A stretch of 64,000 bases of DNA from the human T2T-CHM13v2.0 reference genome, Homo sapiens (GCF_009914755.1 NC_060927.1), one strand, 5' to 3'. Shown: positions 47,161 to 61,783, counted from the first letter of the stretch. The notes: generated by a model from the letters alone, not told the origin. A program made the numbers and translations.

Positions 47161-49032
47161 AAGTAAAGGGAAACAAAGATAAACATTTCAGTTGTAATCA
47201 AGGAAATATTAAGGAAGTCTTCATTATGCTTTTGTAAAAAACAAAGTAATGCATGCAACTAATGAAAATTCAGGCAGTTCCAAAGAGCTTACTTTCCCCA
47301 GCCCACCCCTAGTTCGATTTGTCTGCATATTCAAGCGTATGTAAGTATAGCCCTTTTTTCCCCCTTTGAACACAGATGGGCTTATGTTAACTGGCCTGCC
47401 ACTTTTTTCTTTTCCCATTAAATGTACTTCGGAGGTCTTCATATGGCAGCACAATGCATCTACTTTAATATTTGCATAGCTTTGTTGTTTGAATTATAAA
47501 TGGATATCTGTCTTCCGCTGATAGTCATTTAGGCTTCTGTTTCTGACATTTTCTTTTTATAAGCAACGCTGTAATGTATGCCCTTGAAGAAATATCTTTG
47601 GGTATGTTTCTCATCACATTTTCAACTTTTAGAAACTTATTTAATCTCAAAATCAAGTAGTTCAAATAAATAAGGATATAAAAGGCAGACTACTTAAAAG
47701 GCATTGTATTTTATCTTAACTGCGAATTTGTTTTGTGTCATAAAATGTAGGGTTCAAAGAGCAAAATCAGATGATTCTGTCCATACACTAGAGTCTATCT
47801 AAAATCCTTTTTATAGCAGATGAGGTAACTTAAAGAACAAAGTCCAAGCAATTTAATAACAAAACCAGAGCTAGCACCCATGAGTCGAGCGAGGGCCCAC
47901 ACAGAAGTGAATGCCACAGGAGCAAACTTCCAACCTCCAGGAGGCAATCCTCTTCCTAATATCATTTGCAGTTCTACCTGGAACTGCATCACTTACATGC
48001 CCAGAAGCAATTGAATTCCATGTGTCTTTTACTCTTTGATACAAGTAGTGCCCTGGAGGTGGAGTCAGGTTAAACATTTTGCCCCTGTTCTATTTGTCTT
48101 CCCATGCTAAATTAATCATTCTGTTTTCAACCCTTAATTATCTTCATCATCCCCATATACATCACACTTAATGAAAGACAAGATCAATAAGGAAGAAGAA
48201 GATTGATAAAGATAAAACTGAAAACGAGACCTTAAAGATGAAGCCACCCAGAGAAGAGGATAATAAAATAAAAGAAAAAGCAAAAGCGGTTCAAAGGGGG
48301 AAAATTGCCTTCTGAGAATTGAGAAAAGGCTACCAGGGTACAGAAGATACAATAGATAAATTGGGGGCTTAAAGAGGCATACAATTTCCCCAAATAAAAT
48401 ATGGAATAAGAAAAACTAAGGCATATCAGGGGAAAAAGAAAAAGCAAAATCACTGGCTTATTCTTCTCCTCTAACTTAAATATTTCTTTGAGGTGTCAAG
48501 TTATTTCCCAGTAAATCTCTTAAATCATAGACTGAGTAGTCATATTCAGATTGCAGTAATCATTAAGCGGTTGTTCATCATATGATTGTCTCAACTAAAT
48601 ATAGAAGGAAAAATAACATAGGAATATAAGGCACATCCTCACAAGAAAGAAATCCCTATCACAACAAAACTATTTAACAAATTAACATAAATTAAAATGG
48701 TCCTCATCTTATGAAAAAAGATACATGACAATTTTTAAAAAGTATTTAATACACATCTGAAGTGGATCCTTCCTGTGTCACATCATAGAAATAGCAACCT
48801 GGAGACATTTTAAAGTTAATTTTTTACAATCCTAAAATATACCAACTCAAGTTTCCGATGATTCTTAAGGTGATAGCAGCCCCAAGGGGTTGCACTATTC
48901 TTTGTGGTTTCCGTGTGCCTTGCCTCCATGTTTATAAATAGTTTCTTTGCTAAACCATCCTTGAATTATCCTAATTCCAGTGTACTGTCTGTTTCCTGCT
49001 AGTGGGCTTGCTAATACAGAGAGTAAATGTAG

Positions 49033-49139
49033 AATGATCTTCCAGGGAGATTAGAAAGGCAGTGGTAGGCATAATTAAGAGAAAGTAATGATCTTCCAGG
49101 GAGATTAGAAAGGCAGTAGTAGGCATAATTAAGAGAAAG
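49033..49139 (+). repeat. Tandem duplication, 2 x 53 bp (period 54)
   Basis: aatgatcttccagggagattagaaaggcagtRgtaggcataattaagagaaag occurs twice with one mismatch. Confidence 0.97.
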
Positions 49140-52100
49140 AGACAAGGTGAAGCCATCTCTGTTCTTTAAATCTTTTTGAACATGTTTGCATCATATCATG
49201 TCACTCAGAGTGCAAAAACATAAAGCCATATTTAAAAAATATTATTGCAATGACATCTAACTGTAGCTGTACTTGTCAAGGTTGAGAGTAGCTCTCTTGC
49301 GCTATTCTGGTCTTGCAAGGTCCAGGAGAATGGGACAATTCCCTGATCTTCAGTCTCTAGGCATTACTGAGGCAGTTGCTCCTTCCCTAGAGCATTATGG
49401 ACCTTTTGGAAATAGGCATCCTTCTTTCTTACTTCAGCCAAGAGCTCCTTTGCTAAGGCTCCTTAGGCCTCAGAGACCATCCCACAGCTATTCGCAGCTC
49501 TGGGGATACACTGTGCCTCAGGTCACCACCACAGGCAGACCTGGCATCGTTTCTTAACTTTCCAGTAGCTAGAATCCATTTCTCATCCTCTCTGGCCCAG
49601 ACAACCAAAATGAGTTTTCAATAGATTCCAGATGGACTGGAAGGACATGCAGTATTCTCTTCCAGTCCATCTTCCGGAATGCCCCAAGAAATCCAATTGT
49701 AACTGTGGATTTGATCATGTCACTCTTCTGCTACTTCCTTGGCTTTCTATTGATTATGAGATAAAACACAAGTATGAAATAGAAGAGTCTTCACAATCTT
49801 GTCCCCAGCCTATCTTTCTGACTTTACCTTTGGTCACTCGCTGTCCTTCCTCTCCAGTAATCTCCTTATATTCTAACTTCATGGAGCTATTGTTCATCCC
49901 TGAACACTCAAGTAATAGAAGAAACTAATGTTAATGAGCATCTATGCTGTATCCCCTACTGTACTAAGCTTGGCATTGATCTCATTTAATCCATCCAGCC
50001 GATAAGGAGGCTGATGCTCAAGCACCTTAAGAGGCTTAAGCAAGGGTTAGAACCACTAAGTGGTGGAGAGGAAGCTGACCTGGGCCCTGTCTTCCTGACA
50101 TGATCTGATCTCCAAGCCTCAGAGTTATTGGTGGTGAAGAGCTCCCAACCTGAATGTTCTTTTCCACCTTCACCACCTGGTTAGAACCTTCTGCTTCCTT
50201 AAAGAAAAACCTGGATTTTCATTTCCTCTGAACTCTTCCATGGCTACAGTATACAGGGTTGGTCCCTTCTTGCCCCTGGACCCCATAGCACTTTCAACAC
50301 CTTTCTGTCACTGCTTTTATCACATGGTCTCCTCATTACCTGCATTTGTGCCCATCCATCATTACTAATTGCAGTCGGTTTTTTTGAGAACCAGGACCAA
50401 AGGGATATTATTCACCTCTGGTCCTTAGTTGTTACACAGAGTCTGGTAAATATATGACGCTCTACCAATATGAGATACAGTAAAAAGGAAGGAAGGAATA
50501 AAAATAAATCTTAGAACTATAGATTGTCCCACCACTACCTTTTGATATACCTGAAATGTAAAGATTTATGCTTTGCCTGGCAGGAAAGTTTCTAACCATA
50601 TACAATTCTATCTAAGAATGCCAAATAATGAGGTATGCCATATGTATATAAAACTGAGAATAAAAGATTTGCTAAAATGTCAATGAAAAATAAACATTTA
50701 ATGGCAACAGTATCTTAAAAAGTGACCCAAATGTGCATCATGTCTTATGGTTCTCCACGAGATCTGAACTCAATTTTCCAAAATTAACTCAGAACATAGA
50801 ATTAAAGTTAAAAAGGACTTAGCAGCAATGATGAATTACTTTTATATAAGTAAAAGGATAAGAGAAAATAAATACGGTAGACTTATGAAAACAAAATACT
50901 AAAAGAAAGATTAACCATTTAAGATCAAAGGTGACTCGAAAACTCTAAAGCTCTAACAGGAATTCTCAAAGTGGATTCTAGTGTCTTTAGTGTATAATAT
51001 CTGAATAGTGACTGAAAGTAATAAAATCAGCAAAAAGGAACACAATTATGGTCTGGAATTGTTATTTTCAGTGTTCTAATTTAGGATTAAAAAGGAAAAA
51101 TGAAAATAAACTATTTTAACAGCTATGTATTAGAAATATGAAGTTTAGGAAGATCTCACTTGAGAGATGTGAAATATAATTTTCTTTCTTCTGAGGAATA
51201 GAGTAAAACATATTTACTCTCCTCAATACAACAAGAACAACAGTTTTAATAAAATTCCTCAGTTTTCTCTGTGTACATTTGTATGAAACACTATGACAGT
51301 GAAAAGCTATTTAATATCAAATGAAGACATTAAGTGGTAACAGAAGGATATTATATTTGAAATTCAGTACTGTTTTTCCACTGATTAAGCATGAAATAGA
51401 AATCAACAATTCTCAGAAAAGACTGAATTGTCTATTTCAGAAGTTTGTGGTCAATGGTCTAAAAGTTAGAACAAGGGAATGCTGTTGATCACAAAATAAG
51501 TTCTATTTACAAAAGAACTTCAAAGTAATCATTTGTAAAGTTATTCTGCACTTAATCAGTAAAGAGTACAGGAGGATTATTTTAACTTGCATATATTTAA
51601 GTAGTTCATTTCAAGACTTTTTTTTCTTAAAAGTAACCAAGTATAAAAAAGGCATACTTTTACTGAGACACGAAGTCCCCAAGCTAATTACCATAAAATG
51701 AATGAGCTTGGAATATATAAAAGAAGATGTGAAAGTGTTTTATCCAAAGACAGTTCAAGAACCTTTGTGTAAAGAACAGTTTCTGACTCTAAGGCATTGG
51801 CATATGTGCAAAGATTTTAAAATAAATGTGTTCAAGACAGGGAGTAATCACTGGTTGCTGATTTTGATCGCTAAGACTAAACTGGAGACTTTGTTTTTCG
51901 GGATAATGCAAACAAAACTGTCATCATGTAGTTAATGCTCTATTTTGGGAAGACAGTCTATTGCAAATTACTTTATTAGGAGTTTACTTGACATCCATCT
52001 AGAACAGACTGTGGTTCAAAATATCTTATTTGCAATTCTTTTAAATAGATGTTGTAACATGTGTTTTCCACTTTCACAATAAAGGATCTAAAAGTAAGAT

Positions 52101-52357
52101 AATTATTTTAAATGCAAGTCACAAGTCACATATTCCTTTCAGTATATTCACTAACATCAGTCTTGAACTTAACACCAAACTTCTCCAACCATCCTCTTTA
52201 GTAGCCTGAAAATAAGTGTTTCAAAACATGGAAAGTGAAATAAGTTTCCATTTCATTGTATCTAGTTTCAATTATTTATGTTTCTAGTTCATTATTTCAT
52301 TGGTTTGTTCACGCAGGTCATATTTCTGGAGTAGTTAGTATCCAAGAAACCTGCTAG

Positions 52358-52788
<431 letters not shown>

Positions 52789-55094
52789 AGAAATATATTT
52801 CCTATATACACGATGATAAAATAGAAAGCTCTCAAGCTTTAGAAACATGCAAACCTAAAATCAGATCCTGCCTAGATGTGAGGTAGTGATCACATTTTGG
52901 TCTCCTCATTTCAGCAAAATAGGGACTGTGATACCTACCATACTTACCATTACCTGGGATGATGTCTGGAGGAGGCCTGACAATTAATAGGTATTCAAAT
53001 AATTCCTTTTTTCTCCCTTATTTGCATTCCCTATCCCTTATTTTCCATTAATATAAAACAAGATAACAAAAACTTGGCAGTGAAAAGCTCTTTTCCTCTA
53101 TTAAATTTAAGAAAATGTAATAAAAATTCAGTTGAAAGCTAAAGCTAAAATAATTTTCTTAGTTAATGAAAGGGTTATCTATACTGAGAATAAGTATATA
53201 TTGAATTTTGTTATCAAGTTCCTAATCTATTCTGGATGTTCATCCAATTTTCTCACAATAGAAAGCATTTTTTTTAAAAGAATAATATTTTCATTATCTT
53301 AGGGACAATGAGATTTTATATTCAAAACAACAAAACCCACAGAAAGCTAAGAATAAAGCAAATATATTCTGCACTTTTTCCTCTTAAGTATAAGAAAATC
53401 AAGTTTATGAAATTAAAATTATTTAGGTCTATGCAATCAATTTAAATTTGAACAAAGCTAATACAGTTAAGGAAATTACAAGTAGTTTACAACAACTTTT
53501 TTTTTTTTTTGCTTACTAGGGTTGTTGGGTAAAACAAAATGTTAATCTTCATTAGAAGGTTCATGTATATTCAAAATTTTCCAGAGTTTTCTTTCAACTA
53601 TATTTTTAAGACGTTAAGTAGAAGACTTAATCTTGTGGGTAACATTATGGACCATGACAACCCTATTCCTTATATTTCTTCAGGTACTGCTGGTGCTCAT
53701 TTAAACCCTATAGGCTTAACTCTGAGCACTTTAATTTGTTATATTTCAATTTAATCTGACTTTCCTTGGAAGAAGGTTTAGGATTTTTGCTTGTGATCTA
53801 AAATTCTGATAAGAAAGAGGATTCTGCTACCTTTTCTTCTTGAGATGTAAAGAAAGAGAACAGATAGTGTAACTTCAGAATAATAGGATCTTGGAGCAAG
53901 AAGGAGACTTAAAAAAAAGTAACTTAGACCAATTCCCTTATTATATTAATGAGAAAAGTTGGGAGACTTAAGGTTCTATTTCAAGTCAATATCAGAGTCA
54001 GGACCGGGGCTCAGTCTGTGGTTCAGATGTGGGGGTGGCTCTTAAGGTGTGGGAAAAGTCTAGGGGTAGCTGGGTGAGTTGGGGTCTGCACCTGTGCATA
54101 CAATCTTGTGTTTCTCTATTTCTTCTGGAAATTGCATGCAAACAAAACACTTGAGAATATCTGCTTTACTGAGGGGTGTGAGGGAGAACTTTATTATTTA
54201 TTTCAAAATTTTGAATCCATGTTTTAGGGTTCATGCATCTGTTTTCAGCATTCCATGCAAACTTTTAAAATATCTTATTCTATATCCTTTTAACTGTTTT
54301 AAAGACAACAAAGCAATAAACCACACAAACAACTAAACGTGTTATATACCAAATGTTAACACATTGGAGACTTCCAATTCATAGTTCTTTGCTGCTAAAT
54401 TAACTTACTTTTCTGCAGGTCTTTAAATAAAGCAGGAGTCCCAAAGCAAGCGACAACAGGGACCAAGGAGGTAAGACAGCTGAAGACAGTGAGGACTTCT
54501 ATGAACTGGAGAGCACAGCCCCATCTAATCCAGGGAGCTGATTGTTGCCTGAGGAAATTCAGCACCAGTGTTGCCAGGTCTTAATTAATTCTTTCAAGAA
54601 AAGCATAAAACTCTGTATCTTGATAAACTCATGAAAACAGAAATTTAAAAAACTACTTAGGGATTCAGTCAGTGACTGGCTCATTATCACTTGCTCTAAT
54701 TAACTGCATTTACTAACCACAGGGTGAAAATAGAAAGTCGCATGAAGGTGGAATAGCACAGCTTTAGAAGCCAGAAAGTGCGGGTCAGAATGTTCTCTCT
54801 AGACCTTCAGAGTTTCAAGACCATATGCAAGTACTTAACTCAGAAAGACTCAGTCTTCGTCTGTGAAATAGAGAACAACAGTACCACCTTATAGAATTGG
54901 GTGCAATTCAAATGAGATAATACATGTACACACTGTGGGATAGTGCCATGCATCTAAAAAACTTTTTATCATCATCATCATCATCATCATTTCTTCATTC
55001 ATTTTGAAGTTGTTTCTTTATGGCTATACTACAAATAGAGTCAATGTACCATAATCCCATAGAGCAAACAGACAAACACATTTTATGTTCATAA

Positions 55095-55425
<331 letters not shown>

Positions 55426-56170
55426 CATATTGAATGATTTTAAAAAACAATTTAATTCTTTAAATGTACATAGAAATTTAAAATTATTGTTTTCACAATT
55501 CCTATATGCACATAATATACAAAAACAATATAGCTATAGGAAAAGAAATAGAATGTGGTTTCCCCTGACATAGAAGATTGAATATCATTTCCAGTTTTAG
55601 CCATTTATGTAGTAGTTAGCATAACCTGCCTGAATTCTTCTTGAAACTGTGATTGTTGCCGGCCCTAGTAGAATCTGCAAAGGCTATCATTTTAAAATTA
55701 ACCTTTCTGGACAGGCATCTGCATGTGATTTAAAATTTTTCTTCAACATCAAAATGTAATAATTTGAAAAGCTTTTCTTCTCCCCGATAAACAGCAGATA
55801 ATCATCTATTTCAACAAAGTTGTTCAATAAAATTTTGTGAATATTAGAAGATCCATAGCCTATCATGGTTTTTTGTTTCAACCGTCATCCACATAGCTAC
55901 GCCAAATCCACTGAGCTCTACGGGATAATAAGAAAAGGCCCCACCATATCTCACGGAGTTTAGTGTCAATACAAGAAAATGAGTTTAAAAGTTCCAAAGA
56001 TAACTTCTTTTTAGCGCTTCTGTACATGTAGGTTTGTGCAGAAGACAGTTATAGTAGTTAGTGATTTAATTTTACCAATTTAAAATTACTATCTGAAAAA
56101 TGGATTCAAAAGGTAGGGATTTACACAGGGTTTTTGCTGTTTTTATTTGGTTTCAACACATTTATAACAT

Positions 56171-56290
56171 TTTTAGGTGAGCTAAAAACTTAGCGCACCT
56201 AAAATAAATAAAATTTATTTCCCAAATAAATTTCAGGTGTGCTAAAGATTTAGCACACCTAGGATAAATAAAATTTAGTTCCCAAATAAA
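56171..56290. repeat. Two tandem 60-bp units, each containing a hairpin
   Basis: Period is exactly 60. Arms aggtgNgctaa / ttagcNcacct occur in each unit. Confidence 0.93.
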
Positions 56291-56869
56291 TATAAATATG
56301 TAACACGAATCATCATAATAATTACATAGACATAAACTCTTTCCTTTGCAAGGCTCGGAGGTCAAGGAAACAAGACTTTAGAGACTTAAGTGACACCCAC
56401 AACATTCAGAAGCTCAAGGGCACTGCAGTAAGATGGAAAGGGCAAGTCAGGGGCTGTTCTGCATCTGTAAACAGGAAGAGCAATAGTCTCCTTATTTCCC
56501 CTAAGGAAGTTCTGAAGTACAGCATGTCATCTTTCCCCTAAAAAGGCTCACTAAACTTAGATTTCTAAACTAAACGTCACAGTTCAAAAATTGCTCTGGA
56601 GCTTTCAGACTTCATTTTTGTCCAACCTCATGCTTATTGTATAAAAGGACCAATTTCTGAAAAGCCAGACGATAGGGAGCACGGGTGAGAAGAAACCTGC
56701 ATTATATTGTCAAAGGGCCGACTCTGAGATTGAAATTGATTCCATGAAGTGCACATTCACATAAATATACAAGATCCACCTCGGTTTAGTTTTATTTCCC
56801 CACACATCAAAATATCAAAACTCATTTTCCAAAAGATCAAGATGCTCCAAATTTCAAAAAAAGAGAAAA

Positions 56870-57890
56870 GCAGCCGAGGATGAATAACCTTTTCTATACC
56901 ACAAAATTACCCCTTGCAAAGGACAACTAGATTCCTTGTCCACACAAGAGAAACGGTTGTTGAGAATGTCAGAAAGAGGAGACCTTTCTTTTCAGCGCTA
57001 GGTGGCAGAGGAGAGTCGCCTATGCGTCCAGGCTGTCCTGGACAGCTGTGGTTGACGCTAACGCCTGGCTGCTCTCACTTTCACCTTCTCTCTGGTGTCA
57101 AAGAGAAGCCTTGAGGCCGTCCCGACGGCCTCTTCCTTACAGGGGAAACTGCTGTGAGCTGAACACATACCGCTCTTTCAAACCTTTAAGTGCAGCTTAG
57201 TTAACTGGTGGAATTAAGCCCACATTGAAGGGGCCTAAATATACAACCCTGTTCTTCAGGTTAGGAGATCACATGTCAAAATATAACCCCAAATTAATAT
57301 AAGAAACACGCTGGGGGTGCCAAGTGTTGAACTACTTACAGATGCTGAGTCCTGCAGGAAGCTCTGAGATGGCGCCTGTCTTTCTGGCGCGCCCGCAGGA
57401 AGAGGTTTCAGCTGAAACAGCCCGCGAGCTTCATTCGAGCTCCACGTGGGGGCGAGACTCCGAGGAGATGTCTGGTCGGATGCTATTGCCATGATCAACT
57501 CTCCTTAGTGTTTGCAAACCTCAAAGAAGAGGTTTTGAAGAAGTCTAGCTTCAGTATCCACCCATGCCCATTAAGCCTCATTTTCTGTTACAAAAATGAG
57601 GTTAATAACAGCATCTATTTAAAGGGTTGTGAGGAGTGAATGAGATTGCTGACCCATGAAAAGTGCTCTGTATGGTGCTTTCTCAAAAAAATACTCAAAT
57701 GTTAGCTATCATTATTACCCCTGCCGAATGAGACAGGGAATGGGAAGGTTCTGTAAAATAAAGAGCAGCCTCATGCCCACTCTCCTCGCACCCTCTATGC
57801 TTCCTCTCAGCCGGTAGACTCGGTGTTTCTGCAAGCACATCCTGGAATTTCTCCCGTTTCTTCAGTATGTAAAGCATAGCGTCCACAGCT
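56870..57890. promoter_or_regulatory. CpG-retaining candidate regulatory element (insulator, enhancer or weak promoter)
   Basis: Local CpG excess in unique DNA, CTCF-like motifs at 56993-57010 and 57442-57454, GGCGCGCC, CAGGAAG and CACGTG. Confidence 0.5.
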
Positions 57891-58405
57891 TTATGCTATG
57901 CAATCAGATAAAGGTGGGTCTGAAAACTGCCTCTTAGCCATTTACCAGCTATGCAATTTTAGGCAAATTGCCACCTTTCTGAGCCTCTGTTTCTCCATCT
58001 GAAAAACTAGGAAAGTAATAAGACTTTTCTCCACAGGTAATTTATGAAAATGAGATGGTGTACTGTCAGGTGCAGAGGAAGAATTCACCAAATGTTAGCT
58101 GCAATTAGTAGTATTCGTATCACTATTAACTTTGCCTGGCGTAACCTCCCCATCTAAAGCTGCTTTCTTTAAAGGCTCACTTTAAAAATGTCTATCTGTC
58201 TATATGTCCGTTCTCTCATGCAACACATATTCTTGTGTCTCCTTCATACTCTGGGGGATTAAGAAATGAATTTGACATAGTTCCTGAAATCAAGGAGCTG
58301 AGTGTCTGGCAGCAGAAATAAGTCAGTCAGGTGTATAAAGTTTTTAATGCAGTGTAGAGTGCTAAGTGGCCTAACAGGCATTTATTTTAAAGATGGTGTT
58401 AATTT

Positions 58406-58707
58406 GGCCAGGCGCGGTGGCTCACGCCTATAATCCCAGCACTTTGGGAGGCTGAGGTGGGCGGGTCACCTGAGGTCAGGAGTTTCAGAGACCAGCCTGG
58501 CCAACATGGTGAAACCCGTCTCTACTAAAAATACAAAAATTAGCTGGGTGTGGTGGTGCATGCCTGTAATCCCAGCTACTCAGGAAGCTGAGACGGGAGA
58601 ATCGCTTGAACCCAGGTGGTGGAGGTTGCAGTGAGCCAAGATCACGCCACTACACTCTCGCCTGGGCGACAGAGCAAGACTCCATCTCTAAAAAAAAAAA
58701 AAAAAAA
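58406..58707 (+). mobile_element. AluSx/Sz-like SINE
   Basis: Full Alu with TSD ggtgttaattt on both sides. Private variants are cctataatc, gggtcacc and agtttcagag. Confidence 0.93.
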
Positions 58708-58782
58708 GGTGTTAATTTAACATGAGGAGAATCTAGGAAGGGAGACAATGTGTACCATATACTATTACAGTTAGCAGCATGA

Positions 58783-59253
<471 letters not shown>

Positions 59254-59627
59254 TGGATAATTTATAATATTCTCTCTGAGCCTCAGTTTCTACATCTGTA
59301 AAACAGAGATAATTGTAGAGTGTACATGATGGAGGGTGAAGTGATCGTTACATACAGAAATCCACTTAAAATGTGACAGAAGTTTCAATAAAGGTTAGCT
59401 CTTATTCATAGTAATAATGTTAATATAGCTAATCTTGTCACCAAGTCTTGGTGCTGGTGGCATTGAATGGTTCTTGAGTTATGAGTAGGATTTCAATACA
59501 GGGCTGGGGGAAGGAGATGAGGCAGGAAGGACAGCTCAGAAGTGAGAAAGAAGGCAAAGTCAGAATGAACAGAGGGTGGCTTACTCTGGCTAGGCTCAGT
59601 CTGGCCTCATCACACACTAAAATGTGT

Positions 59628-59746
59628 AGTTAGAACAATCACTTGTCTTGCTTTACCTGGGACTGAAGGGTTTTCTGGGGAAGCAGAACTTCCGGTCAGC
59701 AAAAACTGGGGAAGTCTTGGGAAAAGGAGGATAAGATGATCACCCT
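59628..59746. mobile_element. MER94-like hAT MITE
   Basis: cctgggactgaagggttttctggg..aaaactgggg..gatcaccct. Confidence 0.55.
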
Positions 59747-59749
59747 ACA

Positions 59750-60165
59750 TGCATTAGGCCTTTCTTGTGTTGCTATAAAGAAATACCCGAGACTGGATAA
59801 TTTATTTTAAAAAAAGAAGAAGTAGTTTAATTGGCCCACAGTTCTGCAAGCTGTAAAAGCATAGCACCAAAATTGCTTAGCTTCTGGGGAGACCTCAGGG
59901 CACTAGTATTCATGGCGGAAGGCAAAGTGGGGGCAGGCACATTACACGGTGAGAAAAGGAGAGAGTGGGGTGGGGGAGGTGCCACACACTTTTAAATGAC
60001 CTGATCTCCTGAGAACTCACTATCACTACCATGAGGACAGCACTAAGCCATTCATGAGGGATCTGCCCCCATGACCCAATCACTTCCCACCAGGCCCCAC
60101 CTCCAACACTGGGGATTACATTTTAACATAAAATTTGGGCGGGGACAAATATACAAACTATATCA
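59750..60165 (-). mobile_element. MSTB-like MaLR solo LTR
   Basis: tgcattaggcc..gctataaagaaatacccgagactgg..aaactatatca. TSD ctaca / ctatg. Confidence 0.88.
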
Positions 60166-60970
60166 CTATGCTTCAAGAATTGTGGCTCAACAGACAAGGG
60201 TCTTGAAGGCCATGTGAGGGGGTTGAGGCTGTATTTGTAGGCAATAGGAAGCTCTTGAAAGTTTTTGAGGTGAGGAGTGACTATTCAGAAGTGTGTTTCA
60301 GGCAATCAGCCTACAAAACAAAGGTTTTGTCTCTCATCCTTGCCCAATAAGTCTCTTCTGCATTGTTCCTTCCACAGTCCTTGGTTTATATCTGCCCTCT
60401 CTGTTTATCACACTGTATCTGTGTTAAAAATATATGTGAGTGTCCTCATCATCTTACAATATAATCTCCTCAATGTCAAGATTGGGTCTTCACCATCTTA
60501 TCTCCATTATGTCTTATATAAGCTCAATATGTATTGAATTAAGTTGAAAGCTTGTGATTCTATACAATACAATATTAATTGACATTTACAATTCATCTCG
60601 GTTCAAAATTGAACATCAGGTGTCAGTGTGTCTAGTAATTATTCTTCTGATGACATGGAAAGTCAATCTTTAAAATATTGATTGGGAAATCTACACACAA
60701 AATAATCCTCTGTAAATGTAAGAAAGTGTTCTTCTCTTTTCCATGAACATTTCTAATTGAAAAAACTGTTCTTACCCACTCAATTGACCAGTAAATGCTT
60801 TGTAGTATGATGTTCTCTTCCCTTTCTGGGCCTGAGATACAGGTTCCCATGGAACCTCGACTGTACCTGTATCTCAGGTAAAGGAGAGCAATTGGTAGAG
60901 TTTCCATGCAGGGTTCCAGTTGGCCTAAGGTCATTTTTGAATGCTTACGGGAAAAGTTTGTTTTAGGCAC

Positions 60971-61383
60971 TGATATGGTTTGGATCAGTATGCCAACCAA
61001 ATCTCATGTTGAATTATAATCCCCAATGTTGGAGATGGGGCCTGGAGGGAGGTGATTCGATCATGGATGCGTTTTTCATGAATGGTTTAGCACCCTCCAC
61101 GTGGTGCTGTTCTCATAATAGTGACTGAGTTCTCGTGAGATCTGGCTGTTAAAAAGTGTGTTGCACCGCCCATTGGCTCTCCCTCTTGATCCTGCTGCAG
61201 CCATGTGACTTGCCTGCTTCTCGTCACCTTCCACCATGATTGTAAGCTTCCTGAGGCTGAGCAGATGCCAGCACCATGCTTCCTATCCAGCCTGCAGAAC
61301 CATGAGCCAATTAAACCTCTTTTCATTATACGTTACCCAGTCTCAGGTATTTCTTTATAGCAACGTGTGAATGAACTTATACA
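60971..61383 (+). mobile_element. MSTA/MSTB MaLR solo LTR
   Basis: tgatatggtttggatc..cccagtctcaggtatttctttatagcaa..ataca. Perfect 5-bp TSD ggcac (60966-60970 / 61384-61388). Confidence 0.92.
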
Positions 61384-61421
61384 GGCACTGTCAAGTCAAT
61401 GAATCAAGTAAAAAGCATTTA

Positions 61422-61783
61422 CACACAGACCCTAACTTATAATGGTTTGGCTTACAATTTTTTGACTTTACAACGGTGTAAAAGTCAGCAACATTATGTA
61501 TAAACTATACTTTGTGTACCCACACAACCATTCTGACTTTTTACATCATTGCTGTAGTCAATAAATTATATGAGATATTCAATATTTTATTATAAAATTG
61601 GCTTTGTCTTAGATGATTTTGCCCAACTGTAGGCTACTGTAAGGGTTCTGAGCATGTTTAAGGTAAGCTATGCTATGCTATGATGTTCAGTAGGTTAGGT
61701 GTATTTAATGCATTTTTGATTTACAATATTTTTTTTGATGGGTTTGTCAGGACGTAACCCCATCATAAGTCAAGGAGCATGTA
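61422..61783 (-). mobile_element. MER47A (TcMar-Tigger) MITE
   Basis: gatgattttgcccaactgtaggct..ggacgtaaccccatcataagtcaaggagcat, with TA flanks. Confidence 0.85.

Noticed and set aside
56171-56290. CRISPR-like palindromic repeats
   Set aside because: There are only two units, the spacers are near-identical, the context is eukaryotic and there are no cas genes.
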